Part shown: one piece after another, positions 1 to 10,657 of the stretch
How positions within the stretch are numbered: position 1 is the stretch's first letter
Layout of the letters: the number at the start of each line of letters is the position of its first letter
Source of the DNA: Desulfomonilia bacterium
GTDB taxonomy: Bacteria; Desulfobacterota; Desulfomonilia; UBA1062
Assembly: GCA_036567785.1 (NCBI GenBank)
Contig: DATCTV010000054.1
Coordinates: forward strand, 18,408 to 82,407
Reading direction: 5' to 3'
DNA length: 64,000 nt
Notes under the pieces: generated by a model
Database searches by the model: none
Seen by the model: the letters and a program-made list of their open reading frames with translations, nothing else
What the model was told of the DNA's origin: nothing
Position numbers and translations under genes: made by a program

Positions 1-1
1 C

Positions 2-931
2 GGTGAAGCGGGTTATGCCCCCGGCGGAACCGCAATGATTTCAGCGGCATTCCCGGAAAATAAGCGAGCCTTTGCTATGGGCCTGTGGAACGCATCCATC
101 CCTCTCGGCAGTGTTCTGGGAATAATAGGCGGGGGCATGATTGCCGATCATTTCGGGTGGCGGCATGCTTTCGGATGGCTGGCAATTCCCGGGGCGATCG
201 TGGCCCTTCTTTTCTTCCAGATCAGGGACTACAAGACCGTTGATCTTACAAAGACAACCGAACCGGGCAAAAAAGTTTCAATGGGTTTTAAAGAAATCAG
301 CCGTGATTTTATATATAAGCCATCGCTCATTTTCGCTTATCTCGGGTTTGCAGGCAGCGTCTTTGTAACGACCTCGCTTATAAGCTGGCTTCCAACTTAT
401 TACCACAGACTTGAAGGGCTTCCGATGGCTCAGGCCGGAACCAAAGGCTCACTTGTCCTGCTTCTTGCGGTGATAGGGACTCCGCTGGGAGGTTTTCTGG
501 CGGACCGCTGGCTTAGAAGAAGAGAGAATGCCAGGCCGCTATTCTGTGCGGCATCTTCAGCAGTAACCGCCGTGACACTTTTCATAGCCTTTTCTGTCGT
601 GGGCGATAACCTGGAATATCCGATACTGCTTTTTGCCGGCATGGCGGGGTCGGCTTTTGTCCCAGCGGCGGTTGCAATAACGCAGGATGTTGTTCATCCG
701 GGTGTGCGCGCGATATCGTATTCCCTGTGCGTGATTGTTCAGCACCTGCTGGGAAGCGCCCTTGGCCCAATTTTCATAGGCTTCATGTCCGATAAATTCG
801 GTCTTGTGACTGCCCTTAAATTCCTGCCGATATTTTCACTGTTTGCAGGGGTGATGTTCCTGATGGGCTCTTTCTGGTATGTGAGAGACTATGCAAAGAC
901 GGAAAAAATTGCAGTTGAAGTTCAGGAATAA
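2..931 (+). CDS. MFS transporter (spinster-like), 5' truncated by window edge
   Basis: Frame open from position 2 (GEAGYAPGGTAMISAAFP...); multiple TM helices; GGFLADRW MFS loop motif. Confidence 0.85.
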   Translation, partial: GEAGYAPGGTAMISAAFPENKRAFAMGLWNASIPLGSVLGIIGGGMIADHFGWRHAFGWLAIPGAIVALLFFQIRDYKTVDLTKTTEPGKKVSMGFKEISRDFIYKPSLIFAYLGFAGSVFVTTSLISWLPTYYHRLEGLPMAQAGTKGSLVLLLAVIGTPLGGFLADRWLRRRENARPLFCAASSAVTAVTLFIAFSVVGDNLEYPILLFAGMAGSAFVPAAVAITQDVVHPGVRAISYSLCVIVQHLLGSALGPIFIGFMSDKFGLVTALKFLPIFSLFAGVMFLMGSFWYVRDYAKTEKIAVEVQE

Positions 932-941
932 ATAAACCTTA

Positions 942-970
942 AGGCAACCCGTACATCGTGCGGGTTGCCT
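942..970. terminator. Hairpin between convergent genes, probable terminator
   Basis: AGGCAACCCGTAC-ATC-GTGCGGGTTGCCT stem between the two stop codons; no strong U-tract. Confidence 0.6.
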
Positions 971-980
971 GTCATGACTG

Positions 981-1982
981 TTATTCTTCTTCTATGGATT
1001 CGTCATAGAACGATACGTAATCGGTGCGGTTTTTATCAAGAAAACTCATGGCAGAGCGCGGATGGATATTGAGCTGACCGGTAATCATGTACGGGATGTC
1101 GAAGCCCCAGGATATCTTCTGCCTGAGCGGTACGATGTGATCCTGTATGCATTTTATAAAAGGCCTTTGATGGAACTTGGGATTCTTAAGAAAACCGAGC
1201 AGAAGTTCAATCGGACAGTTGCCTGCTCCACGCCCCAGACCAGCAACTGTTGCATCCAGAAAGCTTGCACCAAGTATGAGCGCCTCGATTGTATTCGCAT
1301 ATGCAAGCTGCTGGTTGTTGTGGGTATGTATACCGACCTGTTTGCCTGATGCCCAGGCATATTTGAGATATTTGCGCGTAAGGGCCTGGATGTCTTCCGA
1401 ATACAAAGCACCGAAACTGTCGACAAGGTAAATGACCTTGACCTCGCTCTGGGCGATTATTTCAAGGGCCTCGTCAAGCTCATGTTCTCTGACAACGGAG
1501 ATTGCCATGAGGTTCAGCGTTGTCTCATAGCCCTTGTCGTGAATGGCCTTTATCATATCCAGGGCGGTGGGAACCTGGTGAATATAGGTTGCCACGCGGT
1601 ACATGTCTATTACACTCTGGGATTTCTGCGGGATATCTTCATGATAATCCGTGCGCTCAGCGTCCGCCATGACGGAAAGCTTCAAGTCCGTATCATTGTC
1701 ACCCACGATACGCCTGACATCATCTTCACTGCAGAATTTCCATGTGCCGAATTCAGACGGGGAATATATCTTTCTCGAACCCTTGTAGCCTATTTCCATA
1801 TAGTCGATGCCTGCGGCGACACAGGTGTCATATATCGCCTTGACGAATACGTCATCAAAATTGCAGTTGTTGATGAGGCCGCCGTCACGGATCGTACAGT
1901 CGAGCACTTTTATGTCCGGCCTGAAGGTCAGCCAGGTGCCTTTTTTTTCAGTTAAGTTGCCTTCTGAATTTCTCTTTTCCAT
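981..1982 (-). CDS. DRE-TIM/HMGL-like metalloenzyme (aldolase catalytic domain protein)
   Basis: DCTIRDGG, YLVDSFG, HTHNNQQLAYAN, GLGRGAGNCP motifs. Confidence 0.8.
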   Translation of the reverse strand: MEKRNSEGNLTEKKGTWLTFRPDIKVLDCTIRDGGLINNCNFDDVFVKAIYDTCVAAGIDYMEIGYKGSRKIYSPSEFGTWKFCSEDDVRRIVGDNDTDLKLSVMADAERTDYHEDIPQKSQSVIDMYRVATYIHQVPTALDMIKAIHDKGYETTLNLMAISVVREHELDEALEIIAQSEVKVIYLVDSFGALYSEDIQALTRKYLKYAWASGKQVGIHTHNNQQLAYANTIEALILGASFLDATVAGLGRGAGNCPIELLLGFLKNPKFHQRPFIKCIQDHIVPLRQKISWGFDIPYMITGQLNIHPRSAMSFLDKNRTDYVSFYDESIEEE

Positions 1983-2093
1983 ACAAACTCCCTCAATATA
2001 TTCTTTCGTAACCTGCCGTCACATGCAGAGGTGCAAGTTCAAATAATTGCCATTTCAACAGATTTTAATCAAGAGCAAAAAACTGTCTGACTA

Positions 2094-3332
2094 TCATCCT
2101 ACCGTGATTCGCACCTTTAAAATGCGGTTTTTCCTCATGCGTTCTATGCCCAGCCTCAGGTTCTGCCATTCGATATATTCCCCTTCCTTGGGGATTCTGT
2201 CGAGCTGTGAATAAATAAGGCCCGCAACCGTATCCACATCTTCGGGAAAATCGCGGTCGATTATACGCTCCAAGTCCCTCAGTGGAGTGCTTCCGTTCAC
2301 GATGTACGTATACTGGCCAACGGGTATGATGCCCTCAACCGGCTGGTCGTGTTCGTCCGAAATATCGCCTGTTATCTCTTCGATTATGTCTTCGAGTGTA
2401 ACGATGCCCTTGACCGTGCCGAACTCATCGACAACAAAGGCCAGATGGCTGCGGGTCTTCTGAAAGTCTATCAGCTGCCTGTAGGTTGACTTTGTTTCAG
2501 GGACAAAATGGGCCTCTCTCAGACAGTCCCGCAACGAGAAGGCATCCTTATTACTAAAAAATCTCCATGCATCCCTGGTATGGAAATAGCCTATAATGTT
2601 GTCCGTTGTGCCGTCATAAACAGGGTAGCGGGCATATTCCTCTGCAGTAACGATCCTGATGATATCATCTAGCGATGTATTGATCGGAAAAGAGACCACG
2701 TCACTCAAAGGGATCAGTGCCTTGCGTACGGGAACGGTATCAAGATCGATGACGTTCATCAGCATTTTTGCCTTCGGTTCGGTTATCGCCCCGTCCTTGT
2801 GTCCGACATAAATGGCCGAGCCGATGTCTTCTTCCGTAATATTCTGTCCGTGTGAATCGGGATTTACACCAAAGAGTTTTGCGATTCCCATCGATACAAA
2901 ATTAATCATGTATACCAGGGGTTTTAAGATAATGATCAGCCATTTCATTGGAGTCGCTATGATCAGCCCCAGGTCATCCGCCCTGTAGGCGGCAATGATT
3001 TTAGGCGTAATCTCACTGAACACCAGGATCATGAAGGTCATTATTGCAGTCGCATATAAAATGCCCTCGCTGCCGAACATTACTACAAGTACAGCAGTTG
3101 CAAGGGCGGAATTCAGGATGTTTACAAAGTTGTTGAGCAGGAGCAGGGTGCTCAAGAGTCTGTCCGGTTCCTTTATAATTTCATTGAGTCTTCTGGCGGA
3201 ATGATTTCCCTCTTCCGCCATGCGACGTATTCTTACCCTGTTGACACGCATAAGGGCAGTTTCGGCAGCCGACGTCAGGGCACCTATTATCAGAAGAATC
3301 ACAAGCGGGATAAGATAAAACAAATTTCCCAT
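2094..3332 (-). CDS. CNNM/CorC-HlyC family protein (DUF21-CBS-CBS-CorC)
   Basis: SAAETAL, FSEITPK, YARYPVY, VVDEFG..GIVTLEDIIEEITGDISDEHD. Confidence 0.9.
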   Translation of the reverse strand: MGNLFYLIPLVILLIIGALTSAAETALMRVNRVRIRRMAEEGNHSARRLNEIIKEPDRLLSTLLLLNNFVNILNSALATAVLVVMFGSEGILYATAIMTFMILVFSEITPKIIAAYRADDLGLIIATPMKWLIIILKPLVYMINFVSMGIAKLFGVNPDSHGQNITEEDIGSAIYVGHKDGAITEPKAKMLMNVIDLDTVPVRKALIPLSDVVSFPINTSLDDIIRIVTAEEYARYPVYDGTTDNIIGYFHTRDAWRFFSNKDAFSLRDCLREAHFVPETKSTYRQLIDFQKTRSHLAFVVDEFGTVKGIVTLEDIIEEITGDISDEHDQPVEGIIPVGQYTYIVNGSTPLRDLERIIDRDFPEDVDTVAGLIYSQLDRIPKEGEYIEWQNLRLGIERMRKNRILKVRITVG

Positions 3333-3344
3333 CAGTCTCCTCTA

Positions 3345-4637
3345 TCAGAAGAGTGTTAACTGTTCTTTTCGGCGTCTGAGTGTTTCATCATTAATTTCCG
3401 GGCGTTCATATTCAATCATCTGCTTCTGCATTCCGGCAGGCGCATCCTTCAGGGCGCTTATGACACCGAACACACCGTCATAGCCGGGTTTCCTGATTAC
3501 CCTTCCTGAGCGCATATTGGAAACCGCAAGTCCCAGTTTTTCGTCAGAGGCCTTGACGATATCCTCAATAGGGACATCAAGAAGGATGTTCAGTTCAGGG
3601 CCGAGCTTCTTTATCAGGGATTCATAGATTCTCTCAACCTTTGCTGAAGCAGGGCCGACATCGAAGCATTCCCCGAGCAGTTCTTTCAGTGGTATTGCAT
3701 AATCAAACGGCCTTGCCTTCGGCGCTGTGCCATTAACCCTGTCAGACAATTCATGGACGCGGTATAGAACACCTATGGTAAGAGGCTTGCCGCAGACCGG
3801 GCAACGGCCATTAAGCTTTTCAGTCTCGTCAGGTTCAAGAGTAACCCCGCAGTCTCGATGGCCGTCCAGATGGTACTTGCCTTCTTCCGGGAAAAATTCG
3901 ATTGTACCGGCAAGGCCTGAGCCTGTTTTCATGGCATTAAGCATTTCATAATAGCCAGGTTCGCATTCGAAGATAGTCGCCTCCCGGCCCAGCTTGTCTG
4001 CGGAATGTGCATCCGAATTCGAGACGAGAAAATAGGCATCAAGACTTTTCACCATGCGGTTCATGGGCGGGTCGGATGAAAGCCCTGTCTCGCAGGCGAA
4101 AATATGTTCAGCAAGGTCCAGGTAGCATTCTGAGATGGAATCAAATCCTGATTTTGAGCCAAGCGCCGAAAACCAGGGGGTCCATATGTGTGCAGGGATA
4201 ATAAAGGCATCGGCGCTTGCATTTAGAACAAGGTCGAGGAGGTTTCTGGAACTCATGCCTATTATAGGCCTGCCATCGGAATTTATATTACCGATTTTTG
4301 AAAGTGCTTCGCTGATCCTTCTTGCCACACCCATATCCGGCGCGCCTATCAGGTGATGCACCTTCCTGACCCTGCCATCCTGCTTGTAAATGGTGCTGAT
4401 TTCGGCGGTGAGCATGAAGGATATCTCTTTGCGGCCGGGTAGAAAGTAAAGCCCGCTGCCGTTTTCCCTGAGCCCGGTCTCGATCTCATCGAGCCATACG
4501 GGATGGGTGAAGTCTCCGGTCCCTATGACCTTTATGCCTTTAAGTTCGGCGCCTTGAGCCAGTACCTCAAGGTTGAGCGTCCTGCTGGTCGCGCGAGAAA
4601 ACCTGGAATGTATGTGAAGGTCTGCAAACAGTCTCAT
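3345..4637 (-). CDS. Endonuclease Q family (PHP domain plus zinc finger)
   Basis: ADLHIHSRFS, GTGDFTHP, PAHIWTPW, SNSDAHS, GKYHLDGHRDC and CPVC motifs; ends QLTLF. Confidence 0.85.
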   Translation of the reverse strand: MRLFADLHIHSRFSRATSRTLNLEVLAQGAELKGIKVIGTGDFTHPVWLDEIETGLRENGSGLYFLPGRKEISFMLTAEISTIYKQDGRVRKVHHLIGAPDMGVARRISEALSKIGNINSDGRPIIGMSSRNLLDLVLNASADAFIIPAHIWTPWFSALGSKSGFDSISECYLDLAEHIFACETGLSSDPPMNRMVKSLDAYFLVSNSDAHSADKLGREATIFECEPGYYEMLNAMKTGSGLAGTIEFFPEEGKYHLDGHRDCGVTLEPDETEKLNGRCPVCGKPLTIGVLYRVHELSDRVNGTAPKARPFDYAIPLKELLGECFDVGPASAKVERIYESLIKKLGPELNILLDVPIEDIVKASDEKLGLAVSNMRSGRVIRKPGYDGVFGVISALKDAPAGMQKQMIEYERPEINDETLRRRKEQLTLF

Positions 4638-4683
4638 CTAATCACCTTGTTTCTCAAACGGGCTTTATGGTATTTCAAGTTTC

Positions 4684-6318
4684 ATGAAAGCGAAAATACT
4701 GATTCTTTTTATCATATCGACCCTTGTTTTCTTAGCATGCTCAAAGGCCAATAACAATAGCCCGGGTCAGAATGAGGCTTCGGGAGGAACGCCCGCATAC
4801 GGCGATGTCTTTGTGGACTCTTCGATAGGGGATGCCTCCAACCTCATTACGATGCTTGCCACGGACGGCGCCTCCCATGAGGTAGCGGCAAATATCTATA
4901 ACGGCCTCGTGAAATACGATAAGGACTTTAATATAGTCCCTGATCTGGCAGAAAGCTGGGAGATAAAAAACGACGGCAAGACAATAATCTTTCATCTGAG
5001 AAAGAACGTGCTCTGGCATGACGGCAAACCTTTCACCGCAAAGGATGTCATGTTCTCATACAAGATCATAATCGACCCAAAAACACCAACGGCATATGCG
5101 GAAAAATATAAAGAGGTGAAGTCTGCCAGGATCATCGACGACTACACGTTTGAGGTCAATTATGACAAGCCGTTTGCCCCCGGTCTCATAAGCTGGGGCC
5201 TGGAAATGCTGCCAGAACACCTCTTGAAGGGAAGGGATATAACGACGACCCCGCTTTCGAGGGCTCCTGTCGGAACCGGCCCATACAAGTTCAAAAGCTG
5301 GAAGACGGGCGACAGGATAGTTCTTGAGGCATTTGACAAGTACTTCGAAGGCAGACCCTATTTTTCAGGAATAGTCTACCGTGTGATCCCTGATCAGGCG
5401 ACACAGTTCATGGAACTCAAGGCCCAGAATATCGACATGATGGGCCTGACTCCGCTTCAATATATCAGGCAGACCGATACGCCTGATTTTAAAAAAAATT
5501 ATACCAGATATAAATATCTGGCCGACGGCTATACATACCTTGCTTTCAATCAGAGAAGGCCGCCTTTCAACGATAAAAAGGTCAGGCAGGCGATAGCCTA
5601 TGCAATCGATAAGGATGAGATTATCAAAGGCGTGCTTATGGGACTCGGGATGGAAGCGACCGGACCTTATAAACCGGGTACCGTCTGGTACAATCCGAAG
5701 GTGAGAAAATATCCGTACAATCCTGAGAAGGCTGTCGAACTGCTCAGGGAGGCCGGTTTCGCGGATTCCAACAATGACGGGATCGTGGAGAAAAAAGGCA
5801 AACCGTTTACAATCACAATTATTACAAACCAGGGCAACTCCCTGCGTGAAAAAACCGCTCAGATAATCCAGCAGAGGCTCGGCAGGATAGGCATCAAGGT
5901 AAACATAAGGATTGTTGAATGGACATCGTTTATCAAGGAATTCGTTGATAAGTATAATTTCGATGCGATAATCCTGGGTTTCAATATCCTGCAGGATCCT
6001 GACTGCTATGCGGTATGGCATTCAAGTAACGCCGTTCCGGGCAATCTCAATCTGGCCAGCTTCAAGAATGCCGAAGTGGACAGGCTTATTGACGAGGGCA
6101 GGCACACATTCGATGCGAAGAAAAGGAAGGCCTGTTATGACAGGATTCAGGAGATACTGGCCGAAGAACAGCCTTTTGTTTTCCTTTATGTTCCCTACAG
6201 CCTGCCTATAGTAAGCTCGAGGATAAAGGGGATAGTGCCTGCACCCGCAGGAATCAGCTATAATTTTACCAAATGGTATGTCCCGAAAGATATGCAGAAG
6301 TATCAGGTAGTACCTTGA
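4684..6318 (+). CDS. Peptide/nickel ABC transporter substrate-binding lipoprotein (family 5)
   Basis: Lipobox FLAC; [15 protein letters not shown]; [12 protein letters not shown]; PVGTGPY. Confidence 0.92.
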   Translation: MKAKILILFIISTLVFLACSKANNNSPGQNEASGGTPAYGDVFVDSSIGDASNLITMLATDGASHEVAANIYNGLVKYDKDFNIVPDLAESWEIKNDGKTIIFHLRKNVLWHDGKPFTAKDVMFSYKIIIDPKTPTAYAEKYKEVKSARIIDDYTFEVNYDKPFAPGLISWGLEMLPEHLLKGRDITTTPLSRAPVGTGPYKFKSWKTGDRIVLEAFDKYFEGRPYFSGIVYRVIPDQATQFMELKAQNIDMMGLTPLQYIRQTDTPDFKKNYTRYKYLADGYTYLAFNQRRPPFNDKKVRQAIAYAIDKDEIIKGVLMGLGMEATGPYKPGTVWYNPKVRKYPYNPEKAVELLREAGFADSNNDGIVEKKGKPFTITIITNQGNSLREKTAQIIQQRLGRIGIKVNIRIVEWTSFIKEFVDKYNFDAIILGFNILQDPDCYAVWHSSNAVPGNLNLASFKNAEVDRLIDEGRHTFDAKKRKACYDRIQEILAEEQPFVFLYVPYSLPIVSSRIKGIVPAPAGISYNFTKWYVPKDMQKYQVVP

Positions 6319-6319
6319 C

Positions 6320-7294
6320 ATGCTCAGATATCTCTTAAAGCGCTTATTAATCCTGATTCCCACTTTCATCGGAATCACTATAGTCTGCTTTGCGGTCATA
6401 CACCTGGCCCCCGGTGAGCCTACGGCTTTGCAGTCGGAGCTCAACCCTGACATTTCGAAGCAGGCTATAGAACGCATGAAATCACATTACGGGCTGGATA
6501 AGCCCGTTTATGTCCAGTATGCCCTTTGGATGAAAAATCTTGCCCGGCTTGATTTCGGGAAGTCGATTTCATCCGATGAAAGGCCGGTATGGAACAAGAT
6601 AAAGGAAAGGCTGCCAATAACAATTTATATAAATATTTTAGCCCTTGTGCTGGAATTCCTCCTTGCCATACCGCTCGGAGTTCTTTCGGCCGTCAAACGG
6701 GGGAGTCTTTACGACAGGTCGGTCACTGTTGTTGTCTTTATAGGATTTTCAATGCCCGGTTTCTGGCTTGCACTTATCTGCATGGACTTCTTCGGCGTGA
6801 GATTGGGCTGGCTTCCGATTTCGGGTGTCATATCGCCGGATTTCTCTCAACTGGGGGCGGCGGGAAAAATATGGGACGTAACAAAACACCTTATGCTGCC
6901 TGTCTTCATTTCCGCTTTCGGCTCGCTTGCAGGCCTGAGCCGCTACATGCGCGCAAGCATGCTTGAGATTGTTAAGCAGGACTACATCCTGACCGCCAGG
7001 GCAAAGGGCTTAAGCGAATTTGTGGTCATTTACAGGCATGCCATGAGAAACGCCATGCTGCCGGTCATAACAATCCTGGGTTTGTCCATTCCGGGGCTTA
7101 TCGGAGGCAGCGTAATCTTTGAGAGCATATTCGCCATTCCGGGTCTGGGGCAGCTGTTTTACCAGGCCATTATGATGCGGGACTACAATATGATAATGGG
7201 AAGCCTAACGATAGGAGCTGTTCTGACTCTGCTCGGAAATCTAGTGGCCGATATCGCATACAGCGTGGCTGATCCGAGGATAAGGGTGAAGTGA
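6320..7294 (+). CDS. Peptide ABC transporter permease (OppB/DppB-like)
   Basis: YLLKRLL..APGEP; [14 protein letters not shown] loop. Confidence 0.92.
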   Translation: MLRYLLKRLLILIPTFIGITIVCFAVIHLAPGEPTALQSELNPDISKQAIERMKSHYGLDKPVYVQYALWMKNLARLDFGKSISSDERPVWNKIKERLPITIYINILALVLEFLLAIPLGVLSAVKRGSLYDRSVTVVVFIGFSMPGFWLALICMDFFGVRLGWLPISGVISPDFSQLGAAGKIWDVTKHLMLPVFISAFGSLAGLSRYMRASMLEIVKQDYILTARAKGLSEFVVIYRHAMRNAMLPVITILGLSIPGLIGGSVIFESIFAIPGLGQLFYQAIMMRDYNMIMGSLTIGAVLTLLGNLVADIAYSVADPRIRVK

Positions 7295-8121
7295 TGGGAT
7301 TCTGGAAGCGTTTTCTGGCTGACAAACTGGCCATAGCGGGACTTGCTGTGGTTCTTGCATTTTTTGCCGTGTCTGTCCTTGCTTCGGCCATTGCGCCATA
7401 TGATCCGGGCAGGATCGATGTGAACAATATCCTATCACCGCCATCGGCAGAGCACCTTCTCGGTACCGACGACCTTGGAAGAGACGTGTTATCCAGGATG
7501 CTTTACGGTGCCGGGATTTCGCTTAAAGTGGGGTTTGTAGCGGTCGGCATCGCCGTCCTGATAGGAATAATCCTGGGAGCGGTTTCGGGATATTACGGCG
7601 GATGGATAGATGTTGTAATAATGCGTCTGGTGGATATCATGCTGTGCTTTCCGTCATTTTTTCTTATCCTTTCCGTGATAGCTTTTCTGGAGCCGAGCAT
7701 TTTCAACATTATGGCGGTTATCGGGCTTACGTCGTGGATGGGCATAACAAGACTGGTGCGTGCTGAATTCCTTAGCCTGAAGGAACGCGATTTCGTACTT
7801 GCGGAAAAGGCTATCGGGGCTAGTGCTCCGAGGATTATCTTCATGCATATCCTTCCCAATGCCCTGGCGCCCGTGCTTGTATCTGCAACACTGGGCATCG
7901 CAAGTGCTGTCCTTACAGAAAGTGCGCTCTCGTTTCTGGGAATCGGCGTTCAGCCGCCCGTACCCAGCTGGGGTAATATGCTGACACAGGGGAAGGAAGT
8001 GCTTGGCGTGGCCTGGTGGATGTCCGTGTTTCCCGGGATAGCGATTTTGCTTACAGTGCTCGGGTATAACCTTCTTGGAGAGGGCATCAGAGACGCCATT
8101 GATCCAAGGCTGAAGGGATGA
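7291..8121 (+). CDS. Peptide ABC transporter permease (OppC/DppC-like)
   Basis: [15 protein letters not shown]; [11 protein letters not shown]; [15 protein letters not shown]. Confidence 0.92.
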   Translation: MMGFWKRFLADKLAIAGLAVVLAFFAVSVLASAIAPYDPGRIDVNNILSPPSAEHLLGTDDLGRDVLSRMLYGAGISLKVGFVAVGIAVLIGIILGAVSGYYGGWIDVVIMRLVDIMLCFPSFFLILSVIAFLEPSIFNIMAVIGLTSWMGITRLVRAEFLSLKERDFVLAEKAIGASAPRIIFMHILPNALAPVLVSATLGIASAVLTESALSFLGIGVQPPVPSWGNMLTQGKEVLGVAWWMSVFPGIAILLTVLGYNLLGEGIRDAIDPRLKG

Positions 8122-8194
8122 TTAAATCACTCCTTGAAATTATTCATATGATGACACAAGATGTTTTTAATAAACCGCATTATGGAGATCTTGA

Positions 8195-9412
8195 GTGAAG
8201 ATACTTGAAAACAACCCTATGAATATTCAAAAAGCCGAACTTATTGTCGGGATACCTTCCTTGAATGAGGCAGGGACAATAGCAAACGTTGCCGTTCAGG
8301 CGGCAATTGCGCTCGGTGAATATTTTCCGGAAACATCATCAGTAATCATAAATTGCGATAACAACAGCACTGACGGCACAATGGAAGCCTTCATGAATGC
8401 CGAAACAGGTGAAATTCCCAAGATATACATAACCACACCCGAAGGTATCAAGGGAAAGGGAAACAATATAAGAAACCTCTTCAAAAAAGCCCTGGCCCTT
8501 GAGGCAAAGGCGATTGTGATAATCGATTCGGATATAAGGAATATTTCTCCCTTATGGATAAAGAAGCTCTTTGAACCTCTTCTTGCAGGATTTGAGTATG
8601 TGACGACATTGTATATGAGGCACAAGTATGATGACCTTCTGTGCTCGCTCTTTACCTATCCAATGACCAGATGCCTTTACGGCAGAAGGGTGAAACAGCC
8701 TATGGGGGGAGAATTCGGCCTGTCTGCGGCAATGGTGAAGGAGCTCCTTAAAAGCCCTCTGTGGAACGAGGATGTTTCGCAGTTCGGCATAGATCTGTGG
8801 ATGACCGCAATTGCAATAAACGAAGGAATGCAGATTTGCCAGGTTTATCTCGGCGCGCCGAAACTCCATCATGCCAGGGATTATATAATGGAGATTACAC
8901 CCCTTTTCAGGCAGAGCGTTTCAACGGTTTTCTCAATGATGGAACCGTTCAGCAAAGGGTGGTCAATTACAAAATGGAGCAAGCCTACAGCAATATTCGG
9001 TTTTGATGAAGGCGAAATACTTATGCCTCCTGAGACAATGGTGAGCAGGGAAAAGTTGTATTACAAGTTCAAAGCAGGCTTCTCCGACAACTGGGATGCC
9101 TACCGGGCAGTGCTTTCGGGTGAAAATTTCCAGAAATTGAGGGAGATCGCATCACTTGAGATGGACAGCTTTGAGATGCCCTCAAGCCTCTGGGCGAGGA
9201 TTCTTTTCGATTTCGCAATCAGGTTTAATCAGAAGACCTGCGACAGACCCAGAGCAATGGAGTTACTGTTTAAAATGTATCAGGGAATGGTACTGTCGTA
9301 TGTCAACAAGACATCATCGATGAATAACATGCAGTCTCAGGAGATTGTTGAAGAGATATGCCTGCAGCTTGAGCAGACAAAGCCTTATCTGGTCGACCGC
9401 TGGAAGAAATAA
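8195..9412 (+). CDS. GT-A glycosyltransferase, glucosylglycerate/mannosylglycerate synthase-like
   Basis: VGIPSLNEAGTI, GKG, IDSD (DxD), RHKYD, QPMGGEFG, FGIDLW. Confidence 0.7.
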   Translation: MKILENNPMNIQKAELIVGIPSLNEAGTIANVAVQAAIALGEYFPETSSVIINCDNNSTDGTMEAFMNAETGEIPKIYITTPEGIKGKGNNIRNLFKKALALEAKAIVIIDSDIRNISPLWIKKLFEPLLAGFEYVTTLYMRHKYDDLLCSLFTYPMTRCLYGRRVKQPMGGEFGLSAAMVKELLKSPLWNEDVSQFGIDLWMTAIAINEGMQICQVYLGAPKLHHARDYIMEITPLFRQSVSTVFSMMEPFSKGWSITKWSKPTAIFGFDEGEILMPPETMVSREKLYYKFKAGFSDNWDAYRAVLSGENFQKLREIASLEMDSFEMPSSLWARILFDFAIRFNQKTCDRPRAMELLFKMYQGMVLSYVNKTSSMNNMQSQEIVEEICLQLEQTKPYLVDRWKK

Positions 9413-9422
9413 GGAGGAAAAA

Positions 9423-9797
9423 ATGGCCAAGGTTCTAATAGTGGATGACGAGAAGCATATCCGGTCACTTTATTCAGACGAACTTAAAGAAGAAGGTTAT
9501 GAGGTTGCCACTGCTCCAGATGGAAATGATATCTATAACCTTATCGAAAACGAAAAACCCGATGTTATCCTTCTTGATATAAAACTGGCCGACAGCAATG
9601 GCCTTGACGTCCTTCAGCAGATAAGGAACAGGTATTATAATCTGCCGGTTATCCTTTGCAGCGCATATGGCAGTTTCAAGGTCGATATCAAAGCCATTGC
9701 TGCTGATGCATATGTCGTCAAATCCGCAGACCTGTCCGAACTCAAAAAAAGGATCGCCCAGGTACTGGAAGCAAACGCTTCACTGAAAGAGGCCTGA
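9423..9797 (+). CDS. Single-domain response regulator (REC)
   Basis: SD AGGAGG before ATG 9423; VLIVDDE, LLDIKL, SA, YVVKS. Confidence 0.9.
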   Translation: MAKVLIVDDEKHIRSLYSDELKEEGYEVATAPDGNDIYNLIENEKPDVILLDIKLADSNGLDVLQQIRNRYYNLPVILCSAYGSFKVDIKAIAADAYVVKSADLSELKKRIAQVLEANASLKEA

Positions 9798-9800
9798 TAA

Positions 9801-10631
9801 ATGGACAAAGCGGATCTTCATGTGCATACAAAGGCCTCCGATGGAGACCTGACTCCGGAAGAAATTGTAGAACTGGCCGGAAAAAGAGAACTCCTTGCAA
9901 TAGCCGTTACAGACCACGATACTATGACTGGTGTGCCACAGGCCTTGCAGACAGGCAGGAAGCTTGGTGTAAATGTCATTCCCGGTATAGAGATAAGCGC
10001 GGTGTATGATCCGGGAACACTTCATATGCTGGGCTATTTCAAAGAGTTCCCGGCAGGTCTTGAAGATGATCTTGAGAAAATCCAGAAGGGCAGGCTCGAT
10101 CGGTTTCCCAGGATAATCGAAAGGCTCAACAGTATCGGATTTGATATAACCATTGAGGATGTAAGCAGTATCGCAGGTAATGCACAGATAGGAAGGCCCC
10201 ATATAGCCAAGGCTCTTATAAAAAAGTCATATGTGAAAGATTTTGACGAGGCCTTTGACAAGTATCTGGGAAAAGGAAAACCCGCCTATGTTGAAAAGGA
10301 AAAGCTCACATGGGAAGAGACAATAGGGCTTATAAGAAAGCATGAGGGAATATCCGTACTGGCCCATCCCTTTACGCTTGAACTTGAAAGCGGTGGATTG
10401 AAAAATCTTATTATCCGCATGAAGACGTCGGGTTTGAGCGGTATGGAGGTCTATTATCCTGAGCATACGTATGAACAGACAAAACTGTATAAAGCAATTG
10501 CCGAAGAAGCTGGGCTTATCCTGACAGGCGGTACTGATTTCCATACCCATGATAGAGGGGCATTGCTTGGCGATTGCGGAATAGGCGAAGAATGCCTGAA
10601 AATTATTCTTGATCATCTCGATTATCACTGA
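9801..10631 (+). CDS. PHP domain phosphoesterase (TrpH/YciV-like)
   Basis: DLHVHTKASDG, TDHD, GRPHIA, LAHP, GGTDFH. Confidence 0.88.
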   Translation: MDKADLHVHTKASDGDLTPEEIVELAGKRELLAIAVTDHDTMTGVPQALQTGRKLGVNVIPGIEISAVYDPGTLHMLGYFKEFPAGLEDDLEKIQKGRLDRFPRIIERLNSIGFDITIEDVSSIAGNAQIGRPHIAKALIKKSYVKDFDEAFDKYLGKGKPAYVEKEKLTWEETIGLIRKHEGISVLAHPFTLELESGGLKNLIIRMKTSGLSGMEVYYPEHTYEQTKLYKAIAEEAGLILTGGTDFHTHDRGALLGDCGIGEECLKIILDHLDYH

Positions 10632-10657
10632 TTTTAATACAACCAAGGAGACGGCTT

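Noticed and set aside
5365-6021. Long antisense ORFs, e.g. 5365-6021, 29095-29628, 58716-59231, 25399-25899
   Set aside because: They lie opposite well-supported genes, lack motifs and SD sites, and are typical shadow ORFs.
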